Positions 27,776-36,797 of a stretch of DNA of 36,797 nucleotides are shown here, in pieces (position 1 is the stretch's first letter; every line of letters starts with the position of its first letter). This DNA comes from Paraglomus brasilianum (lineage: Eukaryota), in the NCBI GenBank assembly GCA_910592345.1, contig CAJVPI010000284.1:1-36797 (forward strand), written 5' to 3'. The notes beneath the pieces were generated by a model. It saw only the letters and a program-made list of their open reading frames with translations, was not told the origin of the DNA and made no database searches. Made by a program: the position numbers and the translations under genes.

Positions 27776-28809
27776 TGTATTAGTATGTCATTTTGCATTA
27801 AAATTCTAATATTGATTTATACAGCATTCTATTCTTTTAGAAATAACATTTACTTTAAAATAAACCGGAAACATAATTTAAAAGAGTGAATATCGTTTGT
27901 TGTTAAGACATGGAAACGCCGCAGATATTATTTTAGATAGCATGATTCATTTTATAGCGTATATATTTATCCACAGCAATTCTGCAATTTACGCGCCTTA
28001 TGTGACGTATGTAGGAATTAGTTTCCCCAACTTGATCTTGGAAGCTAAAATTAACTTAAAAGATAGCATCAATCCGCAATTGAAACTTTAATATTATAAA
28101 TAACTTCATATGCTGCGCCTGCACTTGTCCGTATGTGGTATAGCAGATTATTAATTTTCTTTTGGTTACATCCACTCGGTTTTTTTTTGTTAATACCACA
28201 GGAGTTACTGTAAAATGTTTAAAAAATAAAAGTTCTGGTGACATTCTTGCAGTTTTTGCAAAGGCGTGTGTTCTCTAAATAAGCAGGTTATCAGAAACTC
28301 TCCGCTTAAATATTATTTAGAGATAATAAGTATCCGATTTTGTTATGCAATTAAGCCTCAGTATTCTATCGACTTTGTCGCGATATCGTTTATACCTGGA
28401 AATAAAATAGCTAACTTTAACCCAAAGGCTTTTTATATAGAAAAACTAATCTGTAAGAACGAAGCAGAATTAAAGTTACGATTTAAAATAAAAAAATTTT
28501 CGAGTTTAGGCGTTTGAAAAGTAACAGTTTCTTAACCGTTTGTTAGTTCCTGTGTACCAATCAGTTAGCAAGAAAGTCGCACATAAAAAAGTGTCTCGCA
28601 ATTGAGCGACAATTCATTAAGCGGAAAAACGATGAAGTAAGTGATTGGGGAAATATATCCAGAACAGTACCAATTATGCATCAACGTTCACACTATTTGG
28701 TATACTCTCGTCTTTGATACGCCATTTTCAGTAACTTGGGAAGCTTTCTACTGAAGATGCGCCTCGATTTGCGATTCAGATAATTGTGGCGTCGTTAACG
28801 CCAAGGTTG

Positions 28810-29810
28810 TTTAAGTTCAATACTATGATCTTTGGTTGAAGTGGAGATCGGATACCAAATTAGCAGACGTGGTCCTTATTGTTATAAATTAGGGAAAATA
28901 CTAAAATCGACGCATTGTGACAAATGGGGGCCGGGTAGTTCACCGAGAAGAAAATTTTAAATTAGAAACGGTTTTTTTTTTACCAAAAAGCAACCAAAAA
29001 GTTGAATTGGGAACTTTCTTCGCCATCGGAAAACACAGTTTTAAGAGGAAAATGATTAGAGGAGAATGTTATATCTTAAGAAACTATTTTTGAGTGTTCT
29101 GTGCGTTTACTAAAAGATGAGAAAAAAATGAAGGCAAATATGGAGGCAGCACAGATGTTATAGAACAGTAATATCAAGTCATAAGTTCTACTCGAATGAT
29201 AGAAACACGGAACGTGGGCCAAAGCAGATGAGTTGTCGTTGTGTAAAAAAGATAACGGGAAAATTATGGTGAGTAATTTTAACTAAAGCTTGTGGAGACT
29301 TAAACTTACTACTAAACGTACTGAGAATTATCCTGATGTTTCAGAAAAGGCTCGACTACATTTAAAACGAAGAAGGATACTGGACACCTTGTTGAGCAAG
29401 TGAAATATACTATATTTGAGCCAAATTGCGTTCGTTGCAGTACTTGACTTTGATAACAGTTCAAGTCATTCTGCATTTGCCTCTCTGATGCATTGGTTGC
29501 GAAGAGAATGAATATTGGACCTGGTGGAAATGCACTGAAAATGCGGGACACTTTTTGGGTAATGTTGTGGAAGGACTACCGGACTTTTTGTCATGCTTGT
29601 ATATTTTTTTCCCACAGCGAATTGAATTTTATTGGGGAGTGAGCAGCGAACGATACGCACGAAATAATACATGGGAGTGGATTAAGAAACAGTTCCTCGT
29701 GCTCGATTCTGTTAATTTAATAACCATCGTAGGGATATATGGATTTTGAATTACGGGCAAGTCGACAGAGTATGCTGCTAAAAAATATATATCGCACAGA
29801 AGAATACCAG
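28810..29810 (+). pseudogene. Heavily decayed Tc1/mariner-IS630-like DDE transposase
   Basis: Motif fragments occur in the expected order across frameshifts: FYSND..GTWAK..ELSLCKKDNGKIMVSNF; EGYWT; FDNSSSHSAFA.DALVAKRMNIGPGG..KMRDTFW (FDN at 29449); HACIFF.HSELNFI (29613); KRYARNN-like segment; LDSVNLITI; EYAAKKYISHRRIP. Many deletions. TIRs not found. Confidence 0.8.
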
Positions 29811-29858
29811 TTCGATCAGCTTTCTTAAACCGGATATCAAAGAAATGTAAATAGGTAT

Positions 29859-29966
29859 GTGGGACTATCAAAATTATCATTTGTTGTCATACCATTGGGA
29901 TCATCACTGTCGTGATCAAATTAAAATTTCTCATGATCGCATTAAGCGCTATTTTGATAGTCCCCC
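29859..29966. mobile_element. Putative ~108-bp MITE
   Basis: Inverted arms GGGACTATCAAAAT (29861-29874) and ATTTTGATAGTCCC (29951-29964) match 14/14, extendable with one mismatch. AT flanks both sides (29857-58, 29967-68). Confidence 0.5.
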
Positions 29967-30179
29967 ATGTCTGTTCAATAATTTAATTATGACAATCAAT
30001 TCAAGTCCTCATTATGATTTCAGAGAATTTTATTGGGCAAATGTCATGTGATTTATATTGATAAGCACAATATTTATATTTACTGGTTTAGGACACGAAA
30101 CAGAATGTTCTGAAACATGTGATATAGTGCGCCGTATAAAATTCCCACAATTGACTTGATTTTTCATCCATCTTTCGAA

Positions 30180-31290
30180 ATGGACTGGATCGAGCTAATT
30201 AAGGATCCTGTTAGCTTCTCTAGTCAAAAGCAGGAAATCTTCGAGCATAAAAAATTACCTAAAGTGAAGGATGCGGTTTCAGTGACTTTCCGAATAAGAC
30301 TCAAGACTCATTCTAATGATTGGGCCACTATTTTTCACAAAGGTATGCAAGGCTTTCGTCGACGAGATTATTAGGCGATATCAATTGAATTTACCTTATT
30401 TATGTTCCTCCGGATTTAATAAATAAGGTACCGGAGATTATGATATTACTCCCGGAGTTTGGCTATCAGGCGGCACATCCCACTTGCATGCTCGCTTCAC
30501 TGGCAACTGGATTGCCAATACAGGAATTGATGCGGTCGAAGGCGGGCTTTTGTTAGGCAAATGGTACCATGTAGCGTATACACTGTCTGACACTGAAAAA
30601 AGGTTGGACGTCTACGTTGACGGTGAATGGCGTGCATTAGATGCTATCGTCAATGTGCAGTCGGAGCAAGTTATTTTCAATAAAGGCCCGTTGTATATTG
30701 GACGTGCATATTCTTGGGATTCATTCAATGGCGAAATCAGGTAACCTTCTTTTTTTTTAGTACTAATGCATTCATGTTAGACGTAAACTCTAACGAATGT
30801 TTTACCACCCAGTAATTTTCACTATTTCAATTGGCGTTTATCTGCTGATGAAGTGATAAAAGACTCCATGAACCAGTTATCACCTGCGATTCCATTACCA
30901 CGATCAGCGAAGCCATCACATTCACATTCACAGGCTGGTTCGTATGCACTGCCGGGAAATGCATATCCGCAGGCAAGTTCGTACGCGCCGCCGCCGCCAT
31001 ATTCGCCATATACAACGGGAAATCCATACTCGCAGCCAGGTTCATTCGCGCCGCCGGGTAATCCATATTCGCAAGCAGGTTCATATACACATCAATATAC
31101 ACGGACAACTTCATATCCAGCGCCGAAACACGAACATGGGCATGCAAAGTCGTCACATGAACATGGGTATAAAAAGTCGTCAAAAAAGTCATCAAAAAAG
31201 TCATCAAAAAAGTCATCAAAGGGTCACCACAAGCGTTCAAAATCAGGATCTTCATCTTCATCGTCATCGTCATCGTCGTCTTCCGATTAG
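30180..31290 (+). CDS. LamG / concanavalin A-like domain protein without signal peptide, with a P/Y/G/S/Q-rich repeat region and an H/K/S-rich tail, ~317 aa
   Basis: Exons 30180-30342, 30428-30740, 30813-31290 splice in frame (954 nt). LamG-3 signatures VSVTFRI, WATIFHKG, GKWYHVAYT, LDVYVDG, LYIG and FNGEISNFHYFNWRLSADEV. Confidence 0.85.
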
Positions 31291-32722
31291 AATGCATACA
31301 AGTTTTATTTTTAAAGCATGTATTTTAATAACTTATTAAATTATCGTTCGAAAATGCATCTTTCAGAATACACTCAAGAAATGTTAATAAATTTAATACT
31401 AGTTGAGTATAGCAGTTATTACATGCGCAATATTTACCATTACATTTTCAAATTGTCACAGTCCACGTGATCACTTTTGGGCAAGTTTTTCATTTTGAAC
31501 GTGTAATCGGTGACACATAATTAATTGACAGACGCCTCTCAGAGAATAGAAGAATGTATTGCTAATAATTGTTAGCCAACCAACGGGATACTAGTATTTA
31601 AAAAAAATACGGAATAAACCAACCCATTTTCAAAAACCGCGTAAACTTATTTCCAACTAGTGTATGATGAAAACTGATGAATCGTTTACTGTATTTATAT
31701 TGCCAAAAATTCAATTTGTCAAACTTGATTGATGATACTTTATTAAAATGGCACCAATTTGTAAAGTTATATAGACACAGCCCAGAATTTATCACCATCT
31801 TCTCTCTGAATCTTAAATGATTTTCTTATTTTTTCAACAATCCCAAGCCACAAACCTGGATACTTATGCTCCAACCAAGATTTTGCATTTTCCAGTTGCC
31901 TTTTGTTTTCAAAATACAAAAGAGCAGTCGTGTCATGCACCCAGTGCCATCTACTAAATAATCCCAATTTAAATTCACAAAAGCATTCCATCAGTGTTTC
32001 TTTTCTATAACACCAATTACTAATAATATTACCACTGATCTCAAGAGTATATTTGTGATTTGAAAAATCAGGTCCGGTGATATACAGTATGTGAAATGCA
32101 TGTAGTAATTATCCAACGATACCACGTACATAAGACAAAAGCTTTTCAAGTTTACTAGACATTCCTGTGGAAAACAATGGCAAATTTGACCCACATTTTC
32201 GATCTTCCGATTTTCTCCTCTCAATAGTCGCCATCGCCACCAACTAGCAATAATATACAATGTCTTTTAGTAAGTAAGGAACGCATTGCACAGCGAATAA
32301 TTTTAATTCACATCCATGAGACCTAGCTCATAACGTATCATTAGGTGGCGTAACAGAGCCGACAACAACAGCGCTGCTCATTCTTCGTCCTTGTAAAACT
32401 GTCGTGATAAGTAGAGTTGCTTGTTGTCATAGACATTTACATTTTCCTAATTGACCAACAACTTTTGAACCCTCAATAAAGAGGTTAGAGTTATCAATAA
32501 AACGTGGACAGAATTGTCTGGAGATCTTGCTACAAGAGAAGAGATTCCCTTCATAAGTATAATGAAACCAATAAGGTTGACAAATGAAACAAATATACCG
32601 TAGAGCACTGAATATAGTACCCCCAAGTTTTTGAATTGTACCCGGGGGATGTATCCGGGGTACTATGTATGGAGGAGGGTACTATTTTAGGGGGGTACTT
32701 TGAAATTCCTCGCATTGTACTA

Positions 32723-34421
32723 CAGTCGGAGAGATTTCCAAATCTGTAGATCAGTTTCTAGAATAATCTGTAGCCGTACTCGAAATCTGATTGGTGTTAA
32801 CATAGAGAATTTGTTATCTCAAATACTCCGAATAAAAAATCGAAACTAACGATAATAACATACTCTTACAAACGTACAGTTTCAGAATCCTCAGGGATCC
32901 CCTCAACTTTACATAGTAGTTTTTTATTAATTTGAGTTTAAAGTTACGCCTTGCTCTACAATGAACACAAAAGTAGCTGCCAAAAACTTACCTTGTCTGT
33001 TTGAGTCTCTTGCCAATGAATATGACAAAAGTCAGTTAACAAGATGTGAGACTAAACAGAGTCAAAAATGATGACATGCAGGAGCTAGTGCTGCAGCAGA
33101 GAGTATAATAGAAATGGCTAAGTATTTTCCTGGATTATCTGTATTACTTGACTCTCTAGATTGTTACTCTTTATGTGAAAAGCATTACAATCAGATTGTT
33201 GTTAAAGTCTTTTATTAAACAAACTACTAAAAAGAATGATTCAATTGTTTTAGATTTCAAAAAAACAGAGCGAAAAAGACCAAGATTATCTAACGATAAC
33301 GATTCGCTGCAATTTGGGAAAACTTATACTGAATTCGGAGTCCAAGTATCCTTGACAGATCCAGCATACAAAGTGCTTTTGAAAAGGGTACACAAACTAG
33401 AAGATTTGAATAAGCAACTGTTATCTGAGAATGTGGCACTGAAGCAGCAATTGGATGAAGCGTTTGCTGACCAACAAGGCCGTATTAGGACTGTGACGGA
33501 AATTGCTAAGAGAGAACGAGGTAATTTGTATGATGATATAATAAGTTTGATGAAAAACCATGAGCAATTTGGTTTAGATAGTCTTTTAGAATATTCTCCT
33601 TCCAAATGGCTTGCTGAGCGAAATCCAGTCGTTGTGAAGTTTATTGAGACTCTTACTCATAACGAAAAGGAAGATCAACATAACAGGGAAAAGCTTTTTA
33701 AGTGCGCCATAGCAGTTGATGCCATATATGGATCAAGACACTTAAAATACGTCTCTGCTATCAATTTGGCTGCTTCAGCAATTAAATATTCAGTAGCAAG
33801 ATCAAGAATGGTTATTGACATTGATAACCATATTATGAACTCCGGTTGCTATAAGAAGTTTACTAACTGGTTAGAAAGTTTAGCTGTAGAACAGCCACAG
33901 CTTCCCAAAGGTTTCTTGTTTTTAGCTTTTGATAATGAACAGAAAGGTCAAAAGAATTACCTAGATTGTGGATGGAATAGTCATGTTCCATATTGTTACA
34001 AGTTTCGTTGCTCTCAATTAAGAAGACATCACTAGGCATCTGGCAACCAATTCCAGTAACATGTGAAGAAGCAGATAATCAAAAAGATGAAAGTTTGTTA
34101 ACAAAATCACAACTTTTATCCATTATTAACTCTTTGATACCCCTTTTAGGTGATTTAGAATGATCCCGTTTTCGAGATTATCAAGTAAATCCCACAATGA
34201 TTTAATGAGCGTTCTTCAGGATGTTAGAAATATGTTATCCGAAAGTATTATTAATACTAGTAAAGAACAATAGTTGAAGGTTTAATATATTTAATAGCAT
34301 TATTATGCTTTCAGACCTTTTTTTCTCGAATGTTCTGTAATAAATCTAGAAATTTCTAAAAAAATTTTACCACTATAAAAAGAATGATCTGCATCTCCAA
34401 ATCCGGAAATCTCACGGACTG
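32723..34421 (+). mobile_element. Nested 1.7-kb internally deleted DNA transposon, superfamily unassigned
   Basis: TIRs CAGTCGGAGAGATTTCC (32723-32739) and GGAAATCTCACGGACTG (34405-34421) match 15/17. Both flanks read TACTA (32718-22, 34422-26). It encloses a broken ORF. Confidence 0.75.
32961..34273 (+). pseudogene. Disrupted putative transposase of the nested element
   Basis: ATG at 32961. The N-terminus has C..C....C..H residues (LPC, TRC, LCEKHYNQ) and two in-frame stops, then frameshifts into ORF 33175-34035 (coiled coil, then LFLAFDNEQKGQKNY). A shifted frame reads VMFHIVTSFVALN and then jumps to a C-terminal helical tail (WQPIPVTCEEADNQKDE...), consistent with loss of the core. Confidence 0.65.
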
Positions 34422-34426
34422 TACTA

Positions 34427-34612
34427 CAGGTCAAACCTGTTTAAACCGGCGCTGATTAAACCGGTCTCGGGTTTAACCGGCCGCCTCAAGACTACACCAA
34501 ACTTTCATTAATTAGAAACTTTCTCTAGTTGAACAATTTTTTGAACCGGTCCTTAGCTAAACCGGCCAAGAATCGGCAAACCAGGTCCGCCGGTTTAAAC
34601 AGGTTTGACCTG
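34427..34612. mobile_element. 186-bp pogo/Tigger-like MITE
   Basis: Perfect 25-bp TIRs CAGGTCAAACCTGTTTAAACCGGCG (34427-34451 / 34588-34612), TA TSD (34425-26, 34613-14) and repeated internal AACCGG motifs. Confidence 0.92.
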
Positions 34613-36149
34613 TATTACCATAGTATATGTAACACGTGACGTACGATAAACTATTTGTACCCAGGTACATTTCAAAAACTTTACCAAAAATTCCTGAATT
34701 GTACCCGGGTTCTAATTTAGGGGAATACTATTTAAGGGGGGTACTATATTCAGTGCTCTACGGTAGTATTTACTGATTTTGTTACGGCTCACTTACCAGC
34801 AACGGGTTGTTCTACGATAACGTAAATGCGATTGTTGGGCGAGTTTGACGAGACGATAAGAAGCAGGAAAGAAAAGCACAAGAATAGATAAGTATTCAGT
34901 ATTATTGGCAATATGACAGACAGACAAATAATAGAAACGAGTAATAAATGCGAGAAAATAACTGCCTTGAAAGACAGCTGTTGAATAACACGCGCGACAC
35001 GTATAAATAAACTATTTATAGAACTTACTTTGGCTATTCAACCTATCAACAGGCTAAGACCTTTAGCTTTTCATAACTAAAGTTAAAGGGAGGTTCTCTA
35101 AATTCATTTTGCATCAAGTTAACAAAAGCTTGACCATCAACAAAGTATTGTGAAGTCATTCTCGTCAAGATTTGAGATCTTTGTTCGTAAGTAAACGATT
35201 AGTCTTCCTGTATTGTATCCTTCCACATCTTCGACTTTCTGACGTAAGAATAGTATTGGAAGTTGACATTTGATTTTAAAGCAAATATCATATGATAAAT
35301 GTGGGCCAACAGCTGTATACTGATATCAGGAAAAAAAGGGTTACAAAAAGGGTATATTAATATGATTAATACCAAACTGTTGGAATTAAATGTATCATTT
35401 AATTTACCATAAATGAAATTCCATATTTTTCAGAATCTGTGCAATAAATAACTGTATTAAAATACAGACTTAAAATACAGACTTTTGATGACTCTGGCAC
35501 ACCATACTATGCAGGGACAGTTGGATTTGTTTTATCAGTAATTAGATTTTTATTTGAAAACAAGAGTTAGAAACTCATTTATATATTATAGCTCTGAACC
35601 AAACAACTTATAACTAATTTCTAACTACCACAGTATTTTATATCCAATAAAATATATAATAAATTGGACTTAGAACTGCAAAATGATCTACATGAAATCT
35701 ACTAAATAAATTGAACCAATCATTTTGCTGTTCACACCTAACCCTAATAACTCTTGCTCCTCCCCTTTCTAAGCATGGGTCAAGGTAGAACTTAAATATA
35801 GTTTAGAGTCAAAAAGAAATTTGATTCTAGAGCCTTTGCCAAAGCTGTTGCTTCTGTATCTCTAATTTATTATACTAATACTGAAGATCCAAAGAAGTCA
35901 GAGAGGAATTTGATTCTAGAGCCTTTACCAAAGCTATTGTGCTTGTATCTCCAACCTGATTATGCCCAATATGCAAAAAAGTCAGAGAGGAATTTGATTC
36001 TAGAGCCTTTGCCAAAGCTGTTGCTCCTGTAGTTCCAATTTCATTATCATAGAGATCTAAAAAGTCGGAGATGAATTTGATTCTAGAGCCTTTGCCAAAG
36101 CTGTTGCTCCTGTATCTCCAATTTGATTGTTCCAGAGATTCAGAAGTCA

Positions 36150-36233
36150 TGTGATCGATAAAGGTAAACAAATGGTGTTCAACACATGTGAAGCAATTTA
36201 TGTGAGACAAGCAACCTTATTTACTATATTGCA
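36150..36233. other. 84-bp non-repeat segment interrupting the LRR array
   Basis: It sits between GAAGTCA and GAGAGG, which are contiguous in other units. It begins TG and ends CA and shows no similarity to the unit. Confidence 0.8.
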
Positions 36234-36248
36234 GAGAGGAATTTGATT

Positions 36249-36797
36249 CTAGCGCTTTTGCCAAAGCATTGTTCCTGTATCTCTAATTTGATTTTTCTGG
36301 AGATTCAAAAAAGTCAGAGAGGAATTTGATTCTAGAGTCTTTACCAAAGCTGTTGCTCCTGTATCTCTAATTTGATTATTCTGGAGATCCAAAGAAGTCA
36401 GAGAAGAATTTAATTCTAGAGCCTTTGCCAAAGCTATTGCTCCTGTATCTCTAATTTGATTATTCTGGAGATTCAAAGAAGTCAGAGAGAAATTTGATTC
36501 TAAAGCCTTTGCCAAAGCTGTTGCTCCTGCACTTCCAATTTGATTATCATAGAGTACTAAAGAAGTCAGAGATGAATTTGATTCTAGAGCCTTTGCCAAA
36601 GCTGTTGCTCCTGTATCTCTAATTTGATTATTCTGGAGATTCAAAGAAGTCAGAGAGAAATTTAATTCTAGAGCCTTTGCCAAAGCTGTTGCTCCTGTAT
36701 CTCTAATTTGATTATTCTGAAGATCCAAAGAAGTCAGAGAAGAATTTAATTCTAGAGCCTTTGCCAAAGCTATTGCTCCTGTATCTCTAATTTGATT
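36249..36797 (-). CDS. Partial NLRC3-like LRR protein; 5' end outside the window, 3' repeats disrupted, may be a pseudogene
   Basis: The frame is open from the window edge through ~6.5 LRR units. A 1-bp deletion near 36268 leads to a stop at 36249. Further indels lie downstream. Confidence 0.6.
   Translation of the reverse strand, partial: NQIRDTGAIALAKALELNSSLTSLDLQNNQIRDTGATALAKALELNFSLTSLNLQNNQIRDTGATALAKALESNSSLTSLVLYDNQIGSAGATALAKALESNFSLTSLNLQNNQIRDTGAIALAKALELNSSLTSLDLQNNQIRDTGATALVKTLESNSSLTFLNLQKNQIRDTGTMLWQKR

Larger units (their letters stand above)
32598..34763. mobile_element. Outer TIR element (Tc2/pogo-like MITE, ~275 bp when empty) carrying two nested insertions
   Basis: Perfect 27-bp TIRs CCGTAGAGCACTGAATATAGTACCCCC (32598-32624 / 34737-34763). 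TA on both flanks (32596-97, 34764-65). Subterminal repeats TGAATTGTACCCGGG and GGGTACTAT. Confidence 0.9.
31767..35269 (-). pseudogene. SAM-like header + NYN (LabA/DUF88, PIN-fold) ribonuclease pseudogene, split by a transposon stack
   Basis: Exon 35269-35029 (frameshifted) reads MSTSNTIL..KVEDVEGYNT.RLIVYLRTKISNLDENDFTIL..VDGQAFVNL, which is SAM-like. A 15-nt micro-exon lies at 34811-34797. From 32548 it reads VHV.FIDNSNLFIEG (FIDNSN at 32484-32501), VVGSVTPPNDTL* (stop at 32328-30) and LVGGDGDY (GGDGDY at 32224-32241). The C-terminal ORF is 31767-31991. The middle NYN acidic motif appears deleted. Confidence 0.75.
35810..36797 (-). repeat. 84-bp tandem array (at least 11 units) encoding 28-aa ribonuclease-inhibitor-class (NLRC3-like) leucine-rich repeats
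   Basis: The anchor TCTAGAG (or a one-base variant) recurs at 35826, 35915, 35999, 36082, 36248, 36331, 36415, 36499, 36583, 36667 and 36751. Unit: LAKALESNSSLTSLDLQNNQIRDTGATA. Confidence 0.95.

Noticed and set aside
2140..31339. Numerous short ORF-track entries antisense to or overlapping real genes (e.g. 2140-2445, 6697-6909, 10517-10897, 12917-13321, 30827-31297)
   Set aside because: They are shadow frames of coding or low-complexity sequence with no independent support.
35458..35483. 13-bp direct duplication TAAAATACAGACT as a transposon footprint
   Set aside because: Indistinguishable from replication slippage; similar short duplications occur at ~16504 and ~25830.

Overview
AT-rich eukaryotic (fungal) DNA with short GT-AG introns. 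The gene families suggest Glomeromycotina/Mucoromycota (inference). I assembled six apparently intact genes by hand: a Crinkler-like header + STAND/AAA NTPase + PD-(D/E)xK-like nuclease (1322-3766), an unknown protein (6335-7504), MLH3 (9354-12461), an F-box protein (13095-14174, minus), an LRG1/rga1-type LIM-RhoGAP (21475-26277) and a signal-less LamG protein with a low-complexity tail (30180-31290). The right-hand 10 kb is an accessory, transposon-rich zone. It holds a decayed Tc1/IS630-like transposase (a second remnant of the same family lies at 137-290), a small MITE, a SAM-NYN ribonuclease pseudogene and a CpG-depleted 84-bp LRR array that runs off the window. One ~80-nt intron of the SAM-NYN pseudogene carries a three-element nested transposon stack. 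The best novelty candidate is the middle element of that stack (32723-34421): a TIR-bounded element with a possible 5-bp TSD and a transposase-like protein I cannot assign to a known superfamily. No database searches were possible; family calls rest on motif recognition.
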